Origin: Octopus sinensis
Lineage: Eukaryota
Length of the DNA: 64,000 nucleotides
NCBI RefSeq assembly: GCF_006345805.1
Contig: NC_043005.1
Coordinates: 58,590,001-58,654,000 of the forward strand
Reading direction: 5' to 3'
Below are positions 27,726-40,008 of the stretch, piece by piece. The position numbers and the translations under genes were made by a program. A model generated the notes under the pieces. The model was not told the origin of the DNA, did not search any database, and was given only the letters and a program-made list of their open reading frames with translations. Numbering within the stretch: position 1 is the first letter of the stretch; every line of letters begins with the position of its first letter.

Positions 27726-28272
27726 CTGGGCTATTCAGAAAGAATGAACTGATTTCATTACACAATATTTTAATAAAAGTAATAGAAAACTCCAGCGGAG
27801 TCACAAGTATTTACTCACAATGAACTTTTATTTCCTGTCTAACAAGTGTTCAATGTGGCCACAACCTGTAGCACAGGCAACATCAATGCGACAAGAGAAT
27901 TCCTCACAGTCGCATATCAATATATCAAAAGCAAGTTCATTATGGAAGTAAAGAATAAATTTGCTTTGCTTGAGGTGATTCTCGAAGATATTGACATAGA
28001 AGGGAAATGGAAAAACTTCAATGAAGCATTCAGCCAGACAGCCTAAGAAGTACACAGTGGATCATGATATGCTGATATATGACTGGGAGGAATTCTCTTA
28101 TTGCATTGATGTTGCCCCTGTTGCAGACGGTGGCCACATTGAATAGTTGTATGACAGGAAATAAAAGTTGAGTGTGAGTAAATACTTGTGACTTAGCTGG
28201 AGTTTTTTCTATTGCTTTTCCTTATTAAAATATTGCATAATGAAATCGGTTCATTCTTTTTGAATAACCCTG
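27726..28272. mobile_element. MITE made of two inverted mariner-like ends around a ~140-bp insert
   Basis: Arms 27726-27926 and 28066-28272 are imperfect inverted repeats with a C(A/T)GGG(C/T)TATTCA(G/A)AAAGAATGAAC terminus. Each arm encodes a transposase-like C-terminus (RIDVACATGCGHIEHLLDRK*). Confidence 0.75.
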
Positions 28273-28670
28273 TGTATTACTTTTTTACTTGTCTCAGTCA
28301 TTTGAATGCGACCATGCTGGAGCACCGCCTTTAGTCGAGCAAATTGACCCCAGGACTTATTCTTTGTAAGCCTAGTACTTATTCTATCGGTCTCTTTTGC
28401 CAAACCGCTAAGTTACGGGGATGTAAACACACCACCATCAGTTGTCAAGCGATGTTGGGGGGACAAACACAAACACACAAACACACACACACACGCATAC
28501 ATATATATATGATGGGCTTCTTTCAGTTTCCATCTACCAAATCCACTCACAATGCTTTGGTCGGCCCAAGGCTGTAGTAGAAGACACTTGCCCAAGGTGC
28601 CATACAGTGGGACTGAACCCGGAACCATGTGGTTGGTAAGCAAGCTACTTACCACTCAGCCACTCCTGTG

Positions 28671-28711
<41 letters not shown>

Positions 28712-29541
28712 CCAAAATTACCGAGTAGGAGTGGGATAGAGTAGGAAAAAGAGAAGTATAAGTGAAAGGAGAGGAGAGAAAACAGTAATTCAGTGAAGGA
28801 GAAGTAGTGAGAATAATAGCCCTCACTGAGAGAGAGAGAAGAGAGAGAGAGTGTGAGAAAGTAATAGCAAATGAGAAAGGAAGAGGTGATAGATGAATGA
28901 GGAAGGGGTGAAAAAAATCAGCATTTCAACTCTGTGTGAGTATATGTGTGTGCATATAAAAGGGAGGTCTTTGAATATTTGTGAGTGTGTGTGTGTGCAT
29001 GTACAAGGGAAGTACATAAATGTTTATATCTGTGTTTATTTTGTACCTTATTCATATATAAAATACTACAGTTAGCCATCATTTATCGGCACCACAGGGT
29101 CAGCTTGTAATATATAACTGGGGGAAAATTCCTGTTTAAATTTGAAACATGAGATAAAATGCTTTTAAGAGAAACAATTAAATTATTAGGTAAATTACTA
29201 AATTACAAACTCAAATCTTCATAGAATTGTCTCTTCCTTTTAAGCCTTTTTATTTTGATTCTAGTAGCTATCTGATTTAGAAGAGGAAAAAATAGAAAGC
29301 TCGTGATTTTGAAGATAGACTATCTGATTTGGAAAGAGTAAAGAACTTATCAGATATCCTTAAATAATTAAAAGTTAATATTACACTGATGAAATCAATT
29401 ATAATTGAAATAAATATATATAATTGGAATTTTATTACTTTCTTTTATTACTGTGAAATAGATACAAAATAGATTAAGTATGGTTCTACCATTAGACTAC
29501 TACTACTACTACTACTACTACTGCCGCTGCTACTGCTGCTG

Positions 29542-29591
<50 letters not shown>

Positions 29592-29990
29592 ACTACTACT
29601 ACTACTACTGATACTGCTGCTGCTGCTACTACTACTACTACTACTACTACTACTAATGTCACTGCTGCTGTTATTATTGCAATGAAACAACTATATGTGT
29701 ATGAAATAAGTTCCTCCTCCACCACTTACAAAAGTAAAGCAGATGGACCAATCAAATGTTGCTTGTAAATTACTAACTCATCAAATAATTGCAGTTGCAT
29801 ATTGAGATAACAACGATAATTGAATTTAATTAAATATTTTCGTCTTTTTATTTTGTTACATCACAAGTATATATGTAGCTTACTTGTTTGAAATATATTC
29901 ATCTATCTTCCTATTAAGATAATCAGTGTCTTAATTGAATATAGAGGCCACAGCATTGCTAATTAGTAAGAGAGAGTTTCATATATAGTA

Positions 29991-30384
29991 ATCTCTCTCT
30001 ATATAAAGCTGAAGTTGTCTGTGTATGGCAGGTCTGGTAGCCTTCAACTAACACTATCTCCTCTGAGACCCTGCGACACAAGTTGACCAAAATTGAGAGT
30101 ATGATAGAAGAAGGCTTGCTCTTCCTTCCGTAGAAGAAAAAATTCAAATTGGACCATGTTAACACCAAAAATTATTTACATCAAAAAGGTGCCTTTTTTC
30201 TATGAAAATCCCTATTTTTTACGATTTTTTGACTGCTGTGTCGCCATTTTTCGGTGTATTTCAACCAGAAAAATGTTCACTTAAAGAGAATAACAAGCCA
30301 CATAATGCAAAATTTTTACTTTTCAAAAATTCCAATTCTAAAGGGTCGAAACAAACCCAGGCAACGCCGGGCGATACTGCTAGT
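29991..30384 (-). mobile_element. Helentron/DINE-1-like non-autonomous rolling-circle element
   Basis: The minus strand begins actagcagtatcgcccggcgttgcc(t)ggg (subterminal palindrome) and ends cttcagctttatatagagag. A second copy lies at 2319-2689(+) with its 3' end missing. There is no TIR/TSD pair. The class assignment is by structural analogy. Confidence 0.55.
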
Positions 30385-31333
30385 AATAATAAAAAATGAG
30401 TGTTGTGGATTTACTGTTTTGTTTTTCTCTCTCTTCCCTTCTCATGTGTCTCCTTTCCATTTTGCTACTATTACTGTTTTCCTTCAGTTTCCTAATTTGC
30501 CTATCCTTTTGTCTGCCTGACTATCCATCTATTTCTGTCACTCACAGTCTATCTAACAACCTGCTAGTCTACACACATACTCACAGATAAACAGATTGAC
30601 AGAAAGGTGAGATAAATAGATTGCTAAACTGGTAACTAGTTATCTCTCTCCACACACACACACTAGTGACCAAGACTTCTGGAAATATGCTGTGCTTGGG
30701 AAGATCCGGCAAGCCAAGTGAGACCATAACCTCGTGGCCTATGCCAGGGATGTAACCAGCCCACTTATGCATACATTTCCTTCATTGGACACTAAACTCT
30801 GCTTGTGAAGACCTGTTGAGGCAAGGGAAATTGAAAAGCGAAATCAAATTCGATGACTGGCATCCATGCAAGTGGAGCACTAAAGGCACCATCAGAGCGT
30901 GATTGATGCCAGAGCTGCTAACTAGCTTCCATGCCGGTGACATGTAAGAAGCACCATTCGAGCATGATCGTTACCAGTGTTGCCTTACTGGCACTTGTGC
31001 TGGTGGTACATGAAAAAACATTTGAGCGAGGTCGTTGCCAGAGCGAGGTCACTGGACTGGCTCATGTGCAGGTGGCACGTATAAAACACCATTTGAGCGT
31101 GGCCATTGCCAGTACCGCCTGACTGGCCCTCGTAAAAGCACCCCCTACACTCTTGGAGTAGTTGGCATTAGGAAGAGCATCAAGCTGTAGAAACTCTGCC
31201 AGATCAAGATTGGTGTCTGGTACAGCCATCTGGTTCGCCAGTCCTCAGTCAAATCACCCAACCCATTCTAGCATGGAAAGCGGACGTTAAATGATGACGA
31301 TGGTGATGATGATGATGATGATGATGGTGATGA

Positions 31334-31375
<42 letters not shown>

Positions 31376-31869
31376 AGATGGTAAATCTTGAAACAGTTGT
31401 AACTATAAATAATGGTGCATAAATATTGGATTAAAAAAAACCCTTGGATAAAAAAAAGTTGAACACAGCTAATGAGACATAAACCCAGATCTGCAGATAT
31501 GACAGGCTTGCTACTAATGAACTAAAACAATCCTTCGAATTTCTCTATTCATTTTAGAAGCTTTATTCTTACCAATGAGAATTCTATGTTGTTGACATCA
31601 AAAAATTTAGAAATTTTGAGAATACGAAATAATCCTTTATAAAATTATTTCTTGTAGAAAAACTCAGTTGTATATAGTAGTATATAGGTGTAGGAGTGGC
31701 TGAGTGGTAAGTAGCTTGCTTACCAACCACATGGTCCCAGGTTCAGTCCCACTGCATAGCACCTTGGGCAAGTGTTTTCTTCTATAGCCTTGGGCCGACC
31801 AAAGCCTTGTGAGTGAATTTGGTAGATGGAAACTGAAAGAAGCCCGTCGTATATATGTATACATATATG

Positions 31870-31920
<51 letters not shown>

Positions 31921-33857
31921 TTGTGTGTCTGTGTTTGTCCTCCAACATCACTTGACAACCAATGCTGGTGTGTTTACGTCCCCGTAACTTAGCAGTTTGG
32001 CAAAAGTGACCGATAGAATAAGTACTAGGCTTACAAAGAATAAATCCTGGGGTCGATTTGCTTGACTAAAGGTGATGCTCCAGCACGGCCACAGTCAAAT
32101 GACTGAAACAAGTAAAAGAGTAAAAGAGTACAGCATATAGCATAGCCAGTTTTGCAATTGCCATGCTTTTGGTAATTTCAAAAGATACTTATGTAGTTGC
32201 AATCAGTAAACATATATATATATATATCCTCTTAGCCCTTTCAATCTTTATCCTGTGGCCCCTCTAGGATGTAACAGGTGGTATGAGAGAGAGAGAGAGA
32301 GAGAGAGAGAGTTGCACTAATTTATTTTCAGCTGAGTAGACTGGAGGAATATGAAATAAAGTGCCTTGCTCAAGAACACAATATGCTGCCCTGACCACTC
32401 AGCTTGTATGTCTTCACGGAGAAAAACATACCATCGTTATTGTTACTGTCATCATCATCATCATCACCACCACCACCACCACCACCATTATCATTGTCGT
32501 TGTCACCATTGTTGTTATCCTCCTTGTTGTTGTTGTTTTTGTTGTCATCGTCATCATCATCATGTAATGTCTGTTTCCCATGCTGGCATGGATTGGATGG
32601 TTTGGCATGAGTTGGCAACTCAGCAGACTCTGCTAAGATCTACTGTCTGTGTTGGCATGGTTTCTATTGCTGGATGCCCTTCCTAATGTCAACCACTTTA
32701 CAGAATGTACTTTTTACATGGCTAAAGAATTTAGTGTTATTAATGTATCACTATTAACAAAATAACAATGAAATGAAATGCTGCCGAGAATTTTTTTCAT
32801 CTATTTCATTGTTATATATATATCCATTCTACTGTATGCACAAGTCCAAAAATTTTCTTTAGAGGTGGTAGGGTTCTAGTTAATTTCAGCGACCCCAGTA
32901 CTCAACCGGTACTTATTTTTACCTCAAAAAATGAATGGTACAGCTGACCCTCAGCTGAGTCTGAACTCAGAACATAAAGATGCACAAAATGTCTGGCATG
33001 CTAACAATTCTGCCAGTTCCATTGCCTGGCAAAATAATATGTTGTAAAGATTTTCACAGTGATGTCAAGTTGACTTCTGCTCGGAGTTGTTGTCACTAAA
33101 TTCCCTGATAGATAATACATGTATAAACATAAACATAAAATATAAGTCTGTGATGTGAGGAATCTTAATAAATTTAATGACAAAAAAGCCAGTACAATCA
33201 TGCTTCAGTTTGACTTCAATGGATGGAAGAAATATTATTTTAGGAAATGCCAGGCTCCTTAATTAAAGTCATTGTTGTATAAATACATTAATTCAATTAC
33301 CGTTTCTCATACGACTTCACTCATTGTATTTCTGAAAAGATTCTATACATAATGCATATATACTTTTACTTATTTGGAGCCATTGCAGGAATCTTTGTGT
33401 GGCTGTTCTGCTGGCTAGAAATAACTGCCAAAGCTCTCTTAACCCTTTAGCATTTAAACTGGTCGTATCTGGTATTAATATTCTGCCTGTTTTATCATCA
33501 AACTGGCCAGATCCAGCCTCTCAGACCTATCCTACAATGCCATTGTAAAAATAAACAATCACATTGTTGAAAGTTTGAAGCTACAAGGTAATAAATTATG
33601 ACCCTGGCAGTGCTGGTGCCATATAAAAAAAATCATCCATTCCACACTGTAAAGTGGTTGGCATTTGCAAGGGCATCTAGCTGTAAAATCTATGCCAAAA
33701 CCGATCTCGTCTGTGCTGGTGCCACATAAAAGAATTCAGCTCACTCTCCTGGGTAGTTGGTGTTAGGAAGGGCATCCAGCCATAAAAACCTCTGCCAAAA
33801 CAGGCACAGAAGAAGGATGTGTGTGTGTGTATGTGCGTGTGTGAGTGTGTATGTGTG

Positions 33858-33897
<40 letters not shown>

Positions 33898-34049
33898 CAT
33901 GTGTGTATTTGCAAGTATATATGAAAGAGTTGACCTCAGCAGAATTTGAACTTAGAACATATAGACAGATGAAATGCTGCTAAGCATTTTATCCGGTGTG
34001 CTAATGATTCTGCCAGCTCACTTTACATATATATATATAGGGAAAGTTT

Positions 34050-34242
34050 ACAAAAAAAAAACAAAAGATGAAGACAGGTGGTGTACAAAACAAACAGATG
34101 TATTAGTATAACGCTCAGGAGTAGAAAAAGTTTTTTTACGTTTCGAGCCTACGCTCTTCTACAGAAAGGTAAACAGAAAAAAACACAGAGAGAAACAAGG
34201 AGAGAAAAAAATGTGTGTAGTGGCTAACAATCTATCATGGAC
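34050..34242 (-). mobile_element. Penelope-like pseudo-LTR remnant with a hammerhead-like motif
   Basis: The same ~190-bp family is in the opposite orientation at 52598-52788. Both copies contain CTTT-CTGTNGA-A-stem-GAAA(C/T)GTA-AAA. The Penelope assignment is inferred from this motif only. Confidence 0.45.
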
Positions 34243-35199
34243 ATATGTACACACACACATCTATCTATATTTATATCTATATATGTATGTATGCATGTAT
34301 GTACATATATATTTATGTGTGTATGTGTATGTGTTTATGTGTACACCCTACAATCTCCTGAATGCTTCTGTCTAAGAAATTGCTCTTAACCAAAGTGCCC
34401 TACACTGACATCAAACTTGAGTTTACATGTCTGCAAGGTGAGTCTCTTAACAATGCCATCACACCTGTTTATTTACTTTAGTTTGCATTATTTTCTAATA
34501 TACCTGCTTAAGTCAAACAGTCATGACATGAGAAACTTGATCAGTCACACATTATGATTGATTTGAGTTATAATGTAGACTTTCAGAAGAAATGGTCAGC
34601 ACATTTTGCCCATAGTCCAAATAAATTGACTTGATGCTTCGTATATGAATTAATCCACAGTTTGGTCTAACCACTTATTAAGTTGTCAACTAATTGCGAA
34701 AGATTGGTTAGTCACCTGATTAATTGCGAAAGATTGGTTAGTCACCTGATTAATTCAGTTAATCACCTGTCAACCAGAAATTGATTTGTTTCATATTTTG
34801 AACATATCAGTATTCATTTAGAATTGCTCATATGTGTTCTGTTTCTTGCATCAATGATCCTTCATATATAAAACCATCGATGTTTTTCTTTCTCTTTCAC
34901 TTATTGTATAATGTCATCAAATGATGGTTTAATTATAGCAACTGCAGTGTATATTTCTGTCTGTATCTATATATGTGTGTGTGTGCGTGTATGTTTACAT
35001 GTATGAATATCTTTGCAAGAATATATGTATGTGTATGTGAATGTATGCACATGTGTGTATGTATGTATGGATGGATATGTGAGTTTTTATGTGTCTCTGT
35101 GAGTACATGTACATTATACACATATATGTGTGTGTCTACACACACACATGCACAAACACATAAACACATATACATACATACATACATACATATATACAT

Positions 35200-35303
<104 letters not shown>

Positions 35304-35319
35304 TGTATATATATATATG

Positions 35320-35376
<57 letters not shown>

Positions 35377-36431
35377 CATATGTATGTATATATGAACTTT
35401 AGGTTGTTTAAAATATATTTGTGATATAATTTTAATTTCTAAAAATAAATTCAATGCAGTTACCATGGAGAAAAAGTTTTCCTCTTATAGTTTACCATAT
35501 CAGAAAATACCTACCCATAGTAGTCTCTGATGTGATTCTGGCTCTTTAACCTTCCTCAATGGGAGATACCAAAGAAAGATAACCCAGGACAGCTTCAAAG
35601 CTGTAGCTTTATCTTAAGTCAGTCAACGTCAGTGACTGAGTTGCACTTGTGGGTTGCTTGGCTGAGATAAATATTACAGTATCAGCACCAGGTAGTGATG
35701 AGGAATAAACAAACTTTAGGTTAGTTAAAATATGTTTGCGATGTATGATTAACTTCTAAATGGAAATTCAATGCAGTTATTATGCAGAAAAAAAATCCTC
35801 ACTTATGGTAAAAGGTGTTGAAATATTATATCTACCCCCATGCTTCCCCCTAGTAGATTCATATATGTATCTCCCCCTCTCTCTCTATCTGTCTATATTA
35901 TGTATATGTTTATATATGCATATATATCTATACATACATACATATATATACACACCTATATACACTCAATAAATTTTATTACAGTGTGTGTGTATATATA
36001 TGTAAATATATATATGTATGTGTATGTATGTATATATGTATGTATAGATATAGATATATATGCATATCTAAACATATATATATATATATGTCTCTCTCTC
36101 TCTCTCTCTATATATATATAGACATATATATATATAACAAAGCAAAGTTGTAAGATACTGCACAAGTGGAAATATATATGAAAGAAGGTTTGAAAAAGCA
36201 ATCTTAAAAGATGTTTATTCACTTGACTGGTTTCACTTTTTTAGAAAAAGATTGTCAAAAGTAAAATGTAAAGCTTTGTATAAGCTTTGTTGTGTTAAGT
36301 ACTGGTTGTCACAAAAGTATCAAAATGTATATATACATTCTTTGATAATAATAAGAAAATGTTAAAAACAGTTTACAAGAAAATATTCAACAAAAAGTAT
36401 TAGAAGTTCAATAAAAATCATGTTTGTTTGG

Positions 36432-36468
<37 letters not shown>

Positions 36469-37639
36469 TACACACATAGAAGAAGTTATATTTAAGAATT
36501 TACAAAAAATTGGAGAGGAACCGACCTGTCTTTTTGGCATTTTTCTGTCTTGTATGTAGGAAAGGAATGTTTGCTACTTTAAGTGAGAGTTTGGGAGGTT
36601 GGTTGGGGTGGGGGAAGGAAGAGCAATGTGGAATTAAAAATATGCTTTTCTTTCTGGGCCCCTTGTGTGAAACCAATTGGTTAGATGGGCTACAATGGCT
36701 ATCTAATACTATACACATTAATTAATGAATATATTTATGTATACTAATAGAACCCTTGGAAATTCCACAGAATGGAAAAGTGTAGGAGGACCTATTTAAG
36801 AAAGAAAGGATGATTTGCATTTTTATAGCATTTGTATAATATTTTTGATGTTTGTCTACACTCGCCTGTGTTGCTTTTTTTATTATATCTTCTTTTTATT
36901 ATGTCTTCTTGCTGTTTTTCTCCAATCCATTCTCTTTATCTGGACAGCTTTTTGGGGACAGCTTGCAACCATATTTCTCGTGAATCCAGATTTTAGGCCA
37001 AATTAACCCTTATAAACAAATATCAATTTTTTTAAGCAAGCAGACAATAAACAGTTACACTTATGCATATGTGATGGTGACTGTAAAAAAAATTATTTCA
37101 ATAAAAAGACACTTTCAATATCAATGCATCACCACCGCCATCACTATCTGCCTCTTTCTCCCTCCCTCTCTCTCAATATGATTACCTCTCTTGTCCATCT
37201 CTCTCTATCTACCTTGCCCTTCAGCTAACTTCTTAACCTCATAATAAGTATTCCTTCCCCACCACGTCATTAATACATCTGTCTCCCACGTTTTCTCTCA
37301 TCGCCTTTTTCTCTCATCATCTTTTTCTCTTATTCTTCTCCTCTACCTTCAGCTGACCACCATACCATTTGGCCTAAGTATATCAATATCAATTGCCTTT
37401 CTCTAACTCTTCCTCTCTTCTTTCTTCACTCCTCCCTCTCTCTCTCTTTCACTCTCTTTCACTCCATCTCTCATGCACTCCATCTCTACCTCTTTCACTA
37501 ACTAATGTATAATGGGCAAATGAACTAGCAGGTTATTATACAGATATTTATATCTACATGTATACACACATATTGATGTGTATATTGTATATGTATATAT
37601 GTGTGTGTGTATGTGTGTAAGATAGATAGATAAATACAC

Positions 37640-37682
37640 ATACACGCACATACATACATACATACATACATACATACATACA

Positions 37683-37713
<31 letters not shown>

Positions 37714-37725
37714 GTACATACATGC
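37640..37725. repeat. (ATAC)n tetranucleotide array
   Basis: Visible directly. Also at 46660-46790 and 39980-40035, with an (AGAT)n array at 27274-27323. Confidence 0.95.
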
Positions 37726-38044
37726 ACACATGCATGTCCATACTGGTCAACAACATATTGGATTGTTTAGTCACATGGTGGATAAATAGTTCTGCCCATT
37801 GTACTTACAACATGAAAGGCTGGAACAAAAAATGCAGTTTTTCATTCAGTGATTTAACAAACCCACAAAACCTCCAGATTCAGTGTGATACTTTATTTAA
37901 TGACCCCTTTAAAGCTAAAACTTTAGTCAACATCAGCAGAATGTGAACTCAGAGTACTGAGCACTGAGATGAATAGTGCAAGACATTGCCTGTATAAAAC
38001 CAATTTGGCACCATATCATGGCCCTAGCCTTTTTATTACTTTAT

Positions 38045-38264
38045 CCCTTTAGTGTTCAGATTATTCTGTCAAATGTGATGTTTGTTTATTTAAAATGGTT
38101 TGAATTAATCATGCATTATCTTGTAGTTTAGAGATTTCAGTGATGTGATTTTTTAGTTTTAGAACGACATGGTATGATTGAAGTGAGAGGTGAGATCTGG
38201 TCGGTTTCAATATAAAACAGGTTAAATATTTTGGCCAGATATGACCGGTTTGAATGCTAAAGGG
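38045..38264. mobile_element. piggyBac-like MITE
   Basis: Termini CCCTTTAG...CTAAAGGG with degenerate TTAA (ttat / ttac). A second partial copy at 33443-33600 starts TTAA|CCCTTTAGCA and shares internal sequence in the opposite orientation. Confidence 0.6.
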
Positions 38265-39108
38265 TTACTGAATCACTTCTGTTGAAAGGTTCGCAGAACT
38301 ATAAGAGTATTTCACATTTGTCTTGCTATTAGTATTCTGAGTTCAAATCCTATCAGTGTCACCTTTGTCTTTTTTAGCCATTCAGGGGGTTTAGATAAAG
38401 TACCAGTCATGTACTGGATTCAATATCATTGCTTAACCTCTTCCCTAAGATTTCAAGCCATGTGATTATGCTAGGACCAATTCTTCTACTGAGTTAGAAG
38501 TATATCTTTTTAAGACATACAGGAAATATTCTCATATGTAACAGTTTTAAGCATAAAAGTGTTTCAGCAAGACAAGAATATCTTTTATGAAGACAAAAAG
38601 ACCTGTTTTATTGAAACTTGAAGCCTCGAAAAAAACAACAAAAAAACCCCCCCAAAAGCACAACTAAATAAAACAGAGCTAAAAGCTTTTGTTAATGATG
38701 TAAAATTGGTGAAAAATTTTCTTTATAAAATGTTTTCATGATTAAAGTAAGAAGGTAAAATGTCCAACATTCTCTAATGCTTCATCATTGAAAACTTTGT
38801 GGATTTTTTTTGCATTAAGTATAGGCTGTTGTTCTTCTTCTTTGGCAATATAATTAAGTTATTTTAAATAAATGTTCAGTGACTGCTTAATATTGCAATC
38901 AGTGATTTATGGTATTCTGCCCCACTATTTTTTTTGTGTGTTTTTGGTGTTTTATTGGGCTAAAAGTTTTAAGCCATAACATTGAGTCTGTGCATGTTTA
39001 TGCATATGTATGCATGCATATATGTATATGTATGAGTGTATGCATCTCTCTCTATATATATGGATATATAATGAATTATATTATATATATATATATTATA
39101 TATATATA

Positions 39109-39174
<66 letters not shown>

Positions 39175-39233
39175 GTATATATATATGTATGTATATGTAT
39201 GAATGCATATATGTATATATGTATGTGTGCATG

Positions 39234-39299
<66 letters not shown>

Positions 39300-39396
39300 T
39301 ATATATTTATACACACACACATACATTAACTTACCCACGTATATTTACCTGTTTCTGTGCGAGTATATGTATATGCAAGTCTATGTGTGTACATAT

Positions 39397-39530
<134 letters not shown>

Positions 39531-39625
39531 ATGCATATATATGTATATGTGTGTATATATACACATACACATATATATATGCCTACAAACACATGTATAT
39601 GTGTGTGTGTATATATATATATATA

Positions 39626-39669
<44 letters not shown>

Positions 39670-39721
39670 GTATATCTTGTAAAATTCCTCATTTCCAATA
39701 ATATTTTCCTTTTCATTTCAG

Positions 39722-39871
39722 TTCTTAATTGACAATGAAAATAGTGTGTTTTCTCTAGATAAATCATATGGCTGTGTGCCTGCCAAATCCACTGAGAAAA
39801 TTACCATCGAATTCACTCCACAGAGCCCAATAGCTTATTACAGAAAACTCATTTGTCTTGTTCATAACCAA
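39722..39871 (+). CDS. CFAP65: Internal coding exon of a CFAP65/CCDC108-like ciliary protein (50 codons, phase 0-0)
   Basis: Acceptor ttttcatttcag ends at 39721 and donor CAA|gtaagt starts at 39872. The open frame reads [50 protein letters not shown]. From memory this matches the CFAP65 segment F.ID..ESVF......G.........F.P..PI..(F/Y)RRV.CL.H.Q. The ORF track misses it because it has no Met. No neighbouring exons were confidently found. Confidence 0.75.
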
Positions 39872-39976
39872 GTAAGTTTGAAAAATCTGTTTTCTCTTTT
39901 TCTGTATTTCTGATTTTTAAATTGTCCAAATGCTCCGTTATACACACGTGTGTGTGTGTGTGTAGAAATGTGTGTG

Positions 39977-40008
<32 letters not shown>

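Noticed and set aside
31559-31645. Plus-strand LRR-like peptide NLEILRIRNNPL after a good acceptor
   Set aside because: It is a single short motif followed by a stop with no donor, and it overlaps an equally plausible minus-strand candidate.
35514-35612. Minus-strand frame KATALKLSWVIFLWYLPLRKVKEPESHQRLLW with a gtaggt donor
   Set aside because: The acceptor is weak, it sits between two diverged copies of a ~130-bp local repeat, and it has no recognisable homology.
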